Shown here: piece after piece, positions 12,046 through 24,000 of the stretch
Layout: each line of letters begins with the position of its first letter
Numbering within the stretch: position 1 is the stretch's first letter
Origin: Camelus ferus
Taxonomy: Eukaryota
NCBI RefSeq assembly: GCF_009834535.1
Contig: NC_045697.1
Span: 61,940,001 to 62,004,000, forward strand
Direction: 5' to 3'
DNA length: 64,000 nucleotides
Notes under the pieces: model-generated
Seen by the model: the letters and a program-made list of their open reading frames with translations, nothing else
The model's database searches: none
What the model was told of the DNA's origin: nothing
Translations under genes and position numbers: made by a program

Positions 12046-12573
12046 TATGCAACCAAAATCATCATCATCATCATCATCACCATCATCATCATAAATAATC
12101 ATAATAGTACAGAAAACTGCAAATAGGAAAAGTGCTTATTTAGGGTCTTAAGAATTGCATTTTGGAGACACAGATTCAGATAACCCTTAGAGTGTTCCAG
12201 GCAAGAATAAGAGTACAGAGGCTTATAAAGACAAAACTCCAGGAGGTTGTTAAAAGTTGAATGGCCATAATCGTGATGGACTCTGATTCAAGTCAGAAAA
12301 TATTTGTCCTTAAGGAATCATGAGTTGATTTAGGGTAAGCATCCAATATGTAGACAGACTGTTATGAATTATTTGAGGCCAAGAGTACAATAAGTAGATT
12401 TCTGGCTGGTAAGTTCCTCTCAGATGTTCTGGATGACTTCATCAGGTCAAAGCTTAGGATTTCTTCCAGGCTGAGATGTGAAATTGTGATGTCACAATTT
12501 CTGAATGGGCTCCTGGCTCCATTTTACAGTGCTCTCTTATCAAAACCAACTCCATGTTGATTTTCCTTTCACA
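12046..12573 (-). mobile_element. ERV LTR inserted in L1, containing a (CAT)n tract at 12058-12092
   Basis: Minus strand starts TGTGAAAG at 12573; ~530 bp interrupting collinear L1 sequence. Confidence 0.6.
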
Positions 12574-13197
12574 AGCGACAGAATCCACTCTGGAGAGGCT
12601 ACATATGCACTGTATAACCCAATTTATACAAAATTTGGGGAAAGGGAAAACTAAGAGATGGTAAACAGACCATGTGAGAGTTTGAAATATTCCATAAAAT
12701 ACTTTAGTGATGGACATCTGCCAATATCCATTTGTCTAAATCCATAGTTTTCTATGGCCCAACAAGTCAATTAAATAATCAAGTAAGTGGTACTGTCACA
12801 GGATAGAATACAGAATGTAACAAAGAATATGTATTAGAAATATAAGAAAAACTCACTGATGCTGGTGGAGCAAAATGTGCTGGCCTCAGTAACTGTGGGA
12901 ATGAACAGAATGTGTAGACTAAAGACTGCACACAAACAGTGGAATCTATAAGGTTCCATCCCACAGGGGTACAAGCTAAGAATGTTAAAACCACTCATCT
13001 GGAGTAGAATGAAAAATGAATGGATGGAAGACGGTGGAAACCAGGATTCTCACTGTCTGACTGGGACTTACAGATAAGCAGGAAGGGAGACGTACACTGT
13101 CCATATGATAATGGATCAGGATGGAGGCATCTCATCTTCAGCTTAGTATGAATACAGACAGTTCCACATAGAAATCTTTATAATTAGGAGTGTATAC

Positions 13198-13653
13198 TAT
13201 TGGGGAGAGGGAAATTTCACTCTTCTTGTGGCTGGACTAATAATAAAACTAACACAAGACAGAGCCACAAGAGAAAGAAATTTTAACTCCTACACACAAA
13301 AGTCTCATAGCAATGGGAAGTAAGAAGTAGTGAAAAGAGGCAGATTTTATATATCTAGAAAACTATAAATTTGTTAGGAATTGACAGCCCAAAGAAATGT
13401 AGCTTTGGGGTACTCAATTAATGAAGAATCTAAAAAGAGTTTGGGCTTGGGGTGGTAAATTAAAGTAACAAGTTATGTTTACATGGGCTTCTGAACCTTT
13501 CACGTGACAAACTTATTTCCTGCTTTTAGGGAGACAGAACAGGAGTCAGAGTGTCCCTCTTGCTTTGGCCATTTTCTAAGTAGCTTAAATGTAAAACACT
13601 ATGTGCTTGTGGCAGATTTGTGGGGAGGGTGAGGTGGTGTTCCATGAGCAACA
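13198..13653 (-). mobile_element. ERV1-type solo LTR with 4-bp TSD
   Basis: Flanked by ATAC at 13194-13197 and 13654-13657; minus strand starts TGTTG. Confidence 0.7.
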
Positions 13654-14480
13654 ATACACTTCGGTGGGAACACAGGCATACATTTTCTTGCATTGTCAGC
13701 TGAGGACGTTTTCCTCCTGAATGTAAGTTCTTAATACCACTCTCTAATAAAAGGAATCAGGACTCTTTGAAGAAATGGCTTATACTAGGACTGAGACAGT
13801 CAATATATGAGCCAGGATAATATTGAATCTTGTATCAGAAAATGAGGAAGTACCAAGAAAAAAAAAAAAAAAAGGAATGATCTCAAAGGAAATAGGAGCC
13901 AATGAAAGAGGTCTCAACAGCCAAAGCAGGAATAAACTGAGCAACCAAAATCTGTAGTGCTGGATTATAATCAAAAGATTAAAATAACTCTGCAGGTGTC
14001 TATAATGGTGAAGTTAAATGATGAAATACATGTTTTTTTGTTTGTTGGGGTTTTTTTGTTTGTTTGTTTGTTTTTTTAATAAATGGGATTGAATAGAAAA
14101 CTCCTATGCAGGAGAATTCCTAATAATCCATGGCATCCATCATGGAGGTGGAGCTAAATACCCCTCTCCTGAAGTGTAGGTTCCACATAGTGACCTCTTG
14201 CTGTTTAGGTCAGAAACAAGAAAAGTCTGAAATCCCACTGCTGGGCATATATCCAGAGCAACAATCTAATGTGAAAAGACCCATGCACTAACTGATTTTT
14301 TTTTAACAACAGTGAACAACAATAAATTGGAGAAAAAATGGTATTTTCAACAAATTGTGCCAGGCAATTGTCTATCCAGTGAAAAATTTTCACTTCCAAG
14401 AGAAAAGAAATTGGATCCTTGCTTCATACCACATACAAAATTAACTCAAGATACATAAAAAGCTTAAATTTAAAGAGTGG

Positions 14481-14825
14481 TACAGTGACAATCAGCCCTC
14501 ATCTGCTGATTCTACATTTGCAGAATCAGCCACCTTCAGATAAAAATAATAATTTGAGAATATTCCATAAAGAAAAACTTGAATTTGTGGCATACCAGAA
14601 ACGATTTAAAAAACATTACATCTTCTTCATAATTATTTACGTATCATGTACATTAAATTAAGTATTATAAGTGATCTAGAGATGATTTTAAGTATACAGG
14701 AAAATATGCTTAGATTATTTGCAAATACTACACCATTTTATATAATGGATTTGAGCACCCACAGATTTTAGTATCCACAGGGTGTCCTGGAACCAATACT
14801 TCACAGATGGGGAGGGAAGCTGTAT
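14481..14825. mobile_element. MER2-like Tigger (Tc1/mariner) non-autonomous element
   Basis: TA-CAG...CTG-TA ends; gcaaatactacaccattttatataatggatttgagcacccacagattttagtatccacagggtgtcctggaaccaat. Confidence 0.8.
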
Positions 14826-15135
14826 AAACTCTCAAAGAAACAATGGGGATAAATCATCATGACCTTGGATTTGGCAATTTTCTTAGATCTGATAGCAAAC
14901 ACAAGCAAGGAAAGAAAAAAATAAATAAATTGCCTTTCCTCAAAATTAAAAACTCTGTACATCAAAGATGCTATCTAGGAACTGAAAAGACAGCACACAA
15001 AATCAAAGAAAATATTTGCAAATTATATGCTTGAAAAAAATTTTATCAAGTATATATGAAGAACTTTTACAATTCATAAAAAGACAAAACAACCCAATTT
15101 TTAGCATGGTAAAAGTACTTAAATAGACTCTTCTC

Positions 15136-15292
15136 TATATGTAAACTTAAAAAGGAAAGTGCAGTATATTATATATATATATGTATTTACATGCAATATA
15201 ATGTATATGTGCAATCAAACTGTACTAATTCTACCTAATAAAAATGAAAAAGGAAAAAACACCCCCAAAAAAATTAAATAAAAATTTTTTTT
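15136..15292 (+). mobile_element. Short 5'-truncated retroposed tail with TSD
   Basis: AATAAA and A-rich tail, flanked by ttaaatagactcttctc and ttaaataggcccttctc. Confidence 0.6.
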
Positions 15293-17019
15293 TTAAATAG
15301 GCCCTTCTCCAGACAGGACAAATAGTCAACAAGCACATGAAGATGTTAAAAATCAGTCATGAAAGAAATGCAAATTGATACCACAATGCCATACCATTTC
15401 AAGCACACTAGAAGCCCTATAACCAGGAAAACTAAAAACAACAAATATTGGCAAAAATGTGGAGAAATTGAAACCTTTAAACATTACTTGAAAAATTGGA
15501 AAATGGTATAGCCCGTGTGTAGTTTGTCATTTGCTCAGAAAGATAGAAATAGTTACCTTATGGTTCAACAACTCCACTCCTAGATACAGAGCCCAAAACA
15601 TTAAAAACAGGTGTTCAAACAAAAAAAAAATTGTACACAAATATTCATAGCAGCACTATTCTCAATGGCCTAAAAGGTAGGACAATTGAAATGTCCATCA
15701 AAGGCTAAATAGATAAACAAATTGGATATCTATCCAAAAACTGCTGTATGATTCTGCCATATAAAGGAATAAAATGGTGCAGCCATGGTGGAGAACCATA
15801 TGGGATTTCCTCAAAAACTTAAACATGGGGTTAACATGTGATCCATCAATTCCATTTCAGGGTATATATTCAAAATATTTGAAAGCAGGAACTGGAACAG
15901 AAATGGATGCACCCATGTTCATAGTAGCATTAATCACAATAGCAAAAGGTGGAAGCAACTCAATTGTCCATCAACAGATGAATGGATAAACTAAATGTGG
16001 TGTATACACAATGGGACACTGCACAGCCTTAAAAACTAAGGAAATAATGACACATGCTACAACGTGGCTAAATCTTAAAGTCACTATGCTAAGTGAAGTA
16101 AGCCAGACATGATAGGACAAATATTATATTATTCCTCTTATATAAGGCATCCAGGGATGTCAAATGCAGAGATAGAAAGAATGTCATTGCCAGGGGCTAA
16201 GGGGAGTTAGTGTTTACTGGATAGTTTCACTTGGGGAAATGAGTAAGTTCTGGAGATGGTGAGGTATCTGTACAACAATGTGAATTTAGTTAATATCATA
16301 GAACTGTATATTTAAATGGTTTAAATGGTAAATCTTATGTTCTATATTTTTAATGACAATGAAAAATGTGAATGAATCACTAATGATATGTGCTACAACT
16401 TGGATAAAGATTGAAAGCATTCTAAGTGAAAGAAGCCACACAGAAGAGGCCACTCAGATCATATTCATCTCGTTGCTTTAATCCATTAAGATTTTGAAAA
16501 AGAAGGAAACTCTCAGTAATAGTTTCAGAAAAACAAAACTGGCACAGAATGGAAAAATGGATTTCCACAAGTTGGGGGCAATGGTGAGGTGGAAGTGGGC
16601 CTGTGGATGCGATTCCAAGGTGGAACCATAAAATTTCTTCATTTGGGGTTTATGTGCTGGTTCCCTGGGAGCATATCCCAGTTTTAGGTAAAACCCACTG
16701 GAGTATTTTATGCCAGGTAGTAAATGTGAGTACTGCATAATACTACTTAAAGTATTTTATACATTTGAAATTACTAGAAACTAAATTACTTTTGAAAACA
16801 ACCATGTCAACACCACGCCAAAAAAGCAGAGAAGACATCAGATTTCCTTATAAGAGGCCCACCCTAAACCAGATTCAGTTCACCCGAAGTGCTGATGCTA
16901 ATCGCCCTTGTAGGAGTCCAAAGGTAATTCAGAGGCACTGTGAAGATTAGGAGCCACTGTGTTTTGGGTGCTGCAGATGACCTGGATGTAGTCCAAAAAG
17001 GGTGATTTCTGATTTCTAA

Positions 17020-17790
17020 TTTTCCACATCAAACCATCAAAAAACTGTTAGAGCTAATGAATTATTGTAGTAAAGCTACAAGATACAAAATCAATACACA
17101 AAAATCAGTTGTCTTTCTATACATCAATAACGAAACATTAGAAAACAATTTTTAAAAATCCCATTTACAATTGCATCTAAAAAATTAGCTAGCAATAAAT
17201 TTAATCAAAGATGTGAAAGACCTGAACACTCAAAATTCTAAGACACTGAGGAAAGAAACTGAACAGGCACAAATAAATGGAAACATCCATTCTACCCAAA
17301 GCTGTGTTCAAATTCAAAGCAAGTCTTGCCAAATCACTATACCCTACACCAGAAAATAACAGAACATTGTGAACTGATTATACTTCAATAAAATAAAATA
17401 AAGTTCAGTGGCATTTTTCACAGAAACAGAACAAACATTCCTAACATTAGTGTGGAAACCCAAAGGACCCTGAACAGCCAAAGGGATTCTGAGAAAGAAG
17501 AACAGGCTGGAGGTATCTCCTTCCCTGACTTCACACTCCATTGGGAAATTACAGTCACCAAAAGTGTGGAATTGGCACAAAAACAGAGACATGGACCAGA
17601 GGAACAGATAGAGTCCAGAAATAAGCCTACGGGTATGTGGTCAGTTAATTCACAAGAAAGGAACCAGGAAACTACATTGGGGAAAAGACAGTCCACTCAA
17701 TGAATGGTGCTGGGAAAACCAGACACCACACACCAAAGAAGGACATGGCACACTGTCCACACTACACACAAAACCTGACTAAAACCCAGT
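17020..17790 (+). mobile_element. L1 ORF2 fragments with a tiny L1 3' tail inserted at ~17340-17403
   Basis: gatacaaaatcaatacacaaaaatcagttg, tcccatttacaattgcatc, tggtgctgggaaaac. Confidence 0.8.
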
Positions 17791-19117
17791 TTCCCACATC
17801 CAGCCCTTCCTCTCCCAGGGCCTCTGAGGAGGGATTCCCCTTAGCAGTCAGCCCTTACAGGAAACTTCTCCTCATGTTTCTTTTCTCCTCATCTTTCCTT
17901 CAGTGCAGCACCTCCTGTTGGGTCCTGGGGAGACTGGCTCCTGTCACCGTGGACATGGCCCCCTGTGATCCCAAAGCCCTGCCAGGTCCAGAGAAGACAT
18001 GGTTCCAGTCAGCTGAGCAGGAAGCCAAGTGGGTTCCCACTGCAGGTGGGAGAGGTGGGCTCTGGGCCCTGCCAGAACAATGGGAAAGCTCAGACCGAGC
18101 CACCCTGACAGTCAGGGGGTGGGCAGGGGGGAGGGATGCCCTAAGGCAGCTCCGCTCAGTCCACTACACTGTGGATAGGGAGGTGGGAACCAAGCTACCC
18201 TCACAGCCACCAGAGGCCCTGCCATGAGGATAGTTATGCTGAATCCTTTAAACTGAAAATTCAAACTGAAATATAGCCAAATATCCATAACTTCTCCAAA
18301 TAGTTAAGGAACAATTAATTGGAAGCCTTAAGGAATGATGTGAATGGAGACAAAAACTTTAAAACTTACAACAAATTCACTCAAACTTATTCACACACAT
18401 TTAAAATCCGAAGCTCTCAAAATTATACAGATAAACAGAAAAAAAACTACATGACCTTGGATTTGGTCACGTAGATTATGACCTTTGCGTTTTATCACAC
18501 TACACAAAAAGCCAATCCACAAAAAAGTAGTATTATGGACTTTATAAAAGATTTCTACTCTGAAAGACCTCATTCAGAAAGCCAAAAGACAAGTCACAAA
18601 CTGTGAGAAAAATATTTACAAAACACATATCTGATACATGATTTGGACTCATAATAAACAAAGAGCTCTAAAATAAAAATGGGTAAAGATCTGAACAGAT
18701 GCCCAGCCAAAACAGACAGTAAATAAGCATACAAAAAATATGCTCAGTATCATATACAATTAGGGAATTATAAGTTAAAATCACAAGATATCAAGGCACA
18801 CCTATTGGGACCACTAAACTCCAAAAACATGATAATACCATTTGCTGGTGGTGAGGAACAGCAGAACTCCCTCATTGCTGGTGGAATGCATGCATAGCCA
18901 CTTCGTAAGAGTTTGGTCGTTTTTCTCAAAGCTAAGCAAGTCTCACCTTGGGATCCAAAAATCCTGCATCGAGTATTTAGGCAAGTGCTTCGAAAAACTA
19001 TGTCCAAACACAAACTAGGATGCAGTTATGTACAGCAGCTCTGTTCATATTGGCTAAAAATTTGAAATCAGGATGTCCTTCAATAGATGAAGGCATAAGC
19101 AAATTGGGGTACATCCA

Positions 19118-19650
19118 TGTCAATAGGAGCAGAGTAAGCCACCCCAAAATAGGCTTCTTTGGCATAAAGATTACTGTGGGCTAATTTAAAAAAAAAAAAA
19201 AAACATAGAAAACTGAGTAGAGGTTGCCCTTTTGTGAGTGATATTTACATTTAATAGGAAAATCTACATTTGTAAGGGTGTGTCCCTCTTTGTACCAGAA
19301 ATAGAAGGCTGATTAAATCACAACTAACTCTTGTCAATAGAGAAGTCCTAACTTAAATCTGCATAACAAACACACTCTTGTTTACTGAGCTTTCAAGATT
19401 ACCTGCCATAATGGACTTCCTCCCTCTCCACCGCCTCGCTTTTGTTTTTAGCTAAATACCATATTTGAGGTGATGCCTTTGGCCATTCAGGGAAGGACTC
19501 AGTTTTCCTGGGTATCTACCCTGCACACAGGAGGTACACATGTTATTAAACTTGTTTGTTTTTCTCCCAGTAATCTGTCTTATTAGGGGCTGGGAGGTCT
19601 CATCCAAGAACCTAGATGGGAAGAAGGAAAACTGGTTTTCCTCCCATACA
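19118..19650 (+). mobile_element. MER34-like ERV1 solo LTR (copy 2)
   Basis: gccaccccaaaataggcttctttggcataaagatta; gaaaactgagtagaggttgcccttttgtga is shared exactly with copy 1. Confidence 0.78.
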
Positions 19651-19722
19651 TATGCAATGGAATACTACTCAGCAATAGAAATTAAACCATCAACTCATGG
19701 AAAGACGTGGGTAAATCTTACC

Positions 19723-20383
19723 TGTGATGCAAGAAAAACGGATGTAGGGCATGAGGAGGGCCATGTCCCAGGCTTTGGTTGAGCCCCACCCCAAGACATG
19801 CCCCACCAAGTGTTGGTCCTTGGCTTCACACAGGAAAGAATTCAAGAGCGAGCCACAGTTGAGTCAAGGTAGATTTAGAGAGATACACTGAAAGGCAAAA
19901 GAAAGGCCACAAGGTATGGAGGTTGGGTGTTCAGATTAGAGTAAAAGTAGGTACACACTCCACAGACAGAGTGCAGGTTGTCTCTGAAGTGGGGGGAGTG
20001 GGGGAGGAAGAGGGGGGGCGGCAGCAGCAGCCACTTTGCTAGTTTTTATGGGCTAAGTGGCTTCATACGCTAGTAAGTGGAAGGACCAGTCTAACTAGCC
20101 TGGGGAAGGGGCTGGGAAGGGGCCAGGATTCCCACGAAGTTGGTCATTTCCCACTCTTTGACCTTTTGTGGCTGGCCTTTGGACTGTCACGGTGCCTGTG
20201 GGCATGTTATTCACCATGTTAATATATTACAGTGGGCGTATAATGAAGTTCAAGGTCTACTAGAAGCCAAATCTCCCACCATATTGAGCCTCAAGGCCTC
20301 CTGGGGGTTGAATCTTTAGCCATTCTGGTGTTAATTGCTGTGTTATTCCTTGAATGGCTGTGCTCTTCCCTCTTCCTGTCTCA
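19723..20383 (-). mobile_element. Younger ERV solo LTR (~660 bp)
   Basis: TG...CA termini; ggaaagaattcaagagcgagcca motif; interrupts collinear L1. Confidence 0.75.
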
Positions 20384-20694
20384 CTTGTATATTACTAACT
20401 GAAAGAATCCAATCTGAGAAGGCTGCTCACAGTTTGACCCCATTTATGACAATTATGGAAAAGGCAAAACTACGTACTTAAGCAGATCATGGGGTGGCGG
20501 CTAGGAGTTGAAGTAGTCCATGTGATACTTTAGGTTGGTGTCACTATGAGTATGTCTAAACCCACACATTTGCACAACCCAAAGGTCAATCATAATCTAT
20601 TCAAATTTAGTTGTTTAGGGTGCAGGAGTGTCGTGGGATGGAACACACAATGTGACAGAATCTGACTGTATTAGAAATGGATATGATCAGATAG

Positions 20695-20855
20695 TAATTT
20701 CAGATCTGACTACACATTGGATTCACTTGGGGAGTTATTTAAAAAATGCTGATGCTGGGGCCCAATCCCAACTTAATTGGTAAGGTATATGATATGGACA
20801 TTTTAAAATGTCCCAGATGATTCAGATATGTAGTAAAGTTTGAGAACCACCACTT
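20695..20855. mobile_element. MER5A-like hAT-Charlie element
   Basis: cacattggattcacttggggag...cccagatgattcagatatgtagtaaagtttgagaaccac. Confidence 0.7.
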
Positions 20856-20976
20856 TAGAAAAATCATTCTGGAATCTGTTTTTGTTAAATTGGAGAGGGC
20901 AATGTTAATGGCAGAGAAACTAGTTACAAAGATCTCCTAATGCAAGCAGCTCATGGTAAGAATATGATCTAGGGCA

Positions 20977-22119
20977 CAGAGAAATGGAAATCAAAACCAC
21001 AGTGAGGTATCACCTCACACCAGTCAGAATGGCCATCATTCAAAAGTCCACAAATGATTCCTCAAAACACTAAAAATAGGTTTACCATATGATCCAGCAA
21101 TCCCGCTCCTGGGCATATATCCAGAAGGAACCTTAATCCTAAAAGATACATGCACCCCAGTGTTCACTGCAGCACTATTTACAATAGCCATGACATGAAA
21201 ACAACCTAAATGTCCATTGACAGATGACTGGATAAGGAAGTTGTGGTATATTTATACTAATAGAATACTACTTGGCCATAAAAAATAATAAAATAATGTC
21301 ACTGGCAGCAAATGGATGAACCTGGAGATTGTCATTATAAGTGAAGTCAGAAAGAGAAAGAAAAATGCCATATGATATCACTTACACGTGGAATCTAAAA
21401 AAAAAAAAAGACAGACAAACTTATTTGCAAAACAGAAACAGACTCAGTCTTAGAAAACAAACTTATGGTTACCAGGGGTGGGGGAAGGAGGTGGGAAGGG
21501 ATAAATTGGGAGTTAGAGATTTGCAGATACTAACTGATATATATAGAATAGATAAACAAGTTCATGCTGTATAGCGCAGGGAACTATACTCAATATCTTG
21601 TAGTAACTTACGGTGAAAAAGAACATGAAAACGAATATATGTATGTTCATGAATAACAGAAGCATTGTGCTGTACAGAAATTGACACAACATTGTAAACT
21701 GACTATACTACAATAAATATATATACACTTTTTTTTAATTAAAAAATTTTTAAAAAACAAATGCTGAAGCAAAAAAAGAAATTTTAAAAAAGCCACTAAT
21801 AAACTTACCTACAAAACACAGACTCGCAGACATAGTAAACAAACCTATGGTTACCTGGGGGGGAATGGAGGTGGGAAGGATAAATTGGAAGTTCAAGAAT
21901 TGCTAATATTATTGCTAATATTAACTACTATATACAAAATAGATTAAAACATAAATTTCTTCTGTATAGCACAGGGAACTATATTCAATATCTTGTAGTA
22001 ACCTATAATGAAAAAGAATATGAAAACAAATGTATGTATGTGTATGTATGACTAAAATACTATGCTGTACACCAGAAACTGTAACTGACTATACTTCAAT
22101 AAATAACAAATTTTTTTAA
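20977..22119 (+). mobile_element. 5'-truncated L1 with two tandem 3'UTR tails, inserted into an L2 fragment; 19-bp TSD
   Basis: aagaatatgatctagggca (20958-20976) and aagaatctgatctacggca (22120-22138); 3'UTR tails at ~21400-21790 and ~21795-22119. Confidence 0.85.
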
Positions 22120-23589
22120 AAGAATCTGATCTACGGCAGATCTCAATAACGTGAGGGATTCTCTCTTCTGAAAAAATATTGCAAGAGTCAAATGTGAGAC
22201 TGAGATGGCTAACTGGACATGGGAAATAAGGAAAATAGAACTAGACAGTGATTCCAGGGTTCCCAGCTGAGGCAACAGCATAGCAGGTGCTGGGATAAAT
22301 TCACCAATTTAACAGAGAAAGGGAACACAAGATGAGGAACATGGGCAGGAAAGAAAGAGTGGACACTGAGCCTATCCTCCAGTCAATTTGGCCTTCACCT
22401 CCCTCCCTCTGCCCAGGAGTCATCACTGTTAATTTAAGCCAACATTAGTGCTTGACAGCTCTGCCAGGGGCCAGAAAAGTCAACAGATTTAGGTTACTGC
22501 GGGATAACAGGGAATCTATTCTACTTCTGATGGCCCTCTCCTGGGACCTCCCTGCCTGAAGAGTCCCAATATAGAATTCTCCCCAAGAGGAATCCAGCAT
22601 TTCAGCTGTCACCAGCCCCTGCCAAGAAAGAGAGGGGGCATAGTTTAGGAGTGAGGATCCAATCACCATGAGCCCATAGATCACAATCTCCACCTTGACT
22701 CCTTGAATTGCGTCCCCTAGCAGATGGGAAGCCAGCGCAGAACCCAGAGCACAGATGCTACAAACTCATGCCGAGAATGAGTGAACTGTGCCGTCCTTCT
22801 TTTTAATTTCTTACCTGGTAACAAGCTTGCAGTCCCCAGATCAATACTGCCAGCACATTGCTGTGCACCCCACCAGGCATACTTTGTTGTCTCTATTACT
22901 TTTTAGGGAAATAATTATCTGTGCACACACCCATGTAAAAGTTATTGATAGTTTATTCTTTCTCTCTCAAAATGAAACAACTAAAAAGCATACTTTTAAA
23001 GAATTGTGCCTCTGCCTTTCATAGTAAAAGCTTGTTGAGAAGAGTTGCAGTTTTGTAAAAGGTTTGATCCCCTAGGATCTGTAAACAGAAGCTGTGAAAG
23101 TGGAAAAGATATGGCAGAGAGGGTGTAAGTCAGTAATTCCCATCCATAGCATAATGACTTAAGGAAGAAATACACCATCACATGTCTGAACAAACTTCAG
23201 AATGACCAGCTTTAGCAAAAATGTAGCCTGATCTGCCTCTCGGCTACCAGGAGAAGCAGAAACAAGAGGATTACTGGGGCACTTGACAATCTTCTCAGAG
23301 TCTAGGCTGAAAAGGGGCTCCTTGACACATTTTACCATGTGGATGGGGGGTTTATTATTCTAATGCGGGACACAGGTAACTCAGGGACTGTCTCCCCATC
23401 TACGCACTGTTTTGGGTGTCTCTTAGGTGTGTATGTAAGTGATTCTTTGTAGTATCCTTGCTTGCCTCTCTTCTTTTCTTTCACAAGGTTTAGCAATGTC
23501 CCTCTGGAACCACAGAGTGAAATCTACCCTCCCATTGCTAGTCTTGTCACCTAAACATGCTCCCTCAAGCAAATTAGAGAACTGGGATA

Positions 23590-24000
23590 ATTTTTTTACA
23601 AAGTACTGGGTATTAGTTTTGCCACTTTACTAACCTGCTGGTCTTGGGCAAGTATTTAACCTCTCTATACTTTACGTTCATCATCTAATAGTCCCTAGAA
23701 TAGACTGTTGTGGAGATTAAATATATTAATGCAGGCAAGTATTATGCCTGCACATAGCAATTGTCCCAAATATGTTAGCTAGTGTCACAATTTTTCTGTG
23801 ATGCAGTATAGCTTAGAGATTAAGAACATGAACTCCACAGCCAGCCTGCCTGGGTTCAAATCTTGACTCTACCATTTTTCAGCTGTGTGATTTAAGACAA
23901 ATTATTGACTTCCCTGTGCCTCTATGTTATTTAACCTATAGAAAAGGAATAATAATATTATCTAATAAAATGGTTATTGTGAGGATTGAACTAAATATAT
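23590..24000 (+). mobile_element. Two adjacent MIR elements
   Basis: cttgggcaagtatttaacctctct; ctgcctgggttcaaatcttgactctacca...gttattgtgaggattgaa. Confidence 0.8.

Larger units (their letters stand above)
10780..14205 (+). mobile_element. Old L1 (L1MD-like) 3' region interrupted by three LTRs
   Basis: L1 segments at 10780-11450, 11957-12045, 12574-13197 and 13654-14205 read through collinearly. Confidence 0.75.
14290..16760 (+). mobile_element. Stacked old L1 (L1MA/L1MB-like) ORF2 and 3'UTR fragments
   Basis: ORF2-like peptides at 14843-15034 and 15774-15989; L1 3'UTR motifs to ~16370 and beyond. Confidence 0.8.
18330..20690 (+). mobile_element. Old L1 (L1MD-like) 3' region, paralogous to 10780-12850, interrupted by two LTRs
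   Basis: Collinear similarity to the first copy, including the same LTR at the same site. Confidence 0.75.
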
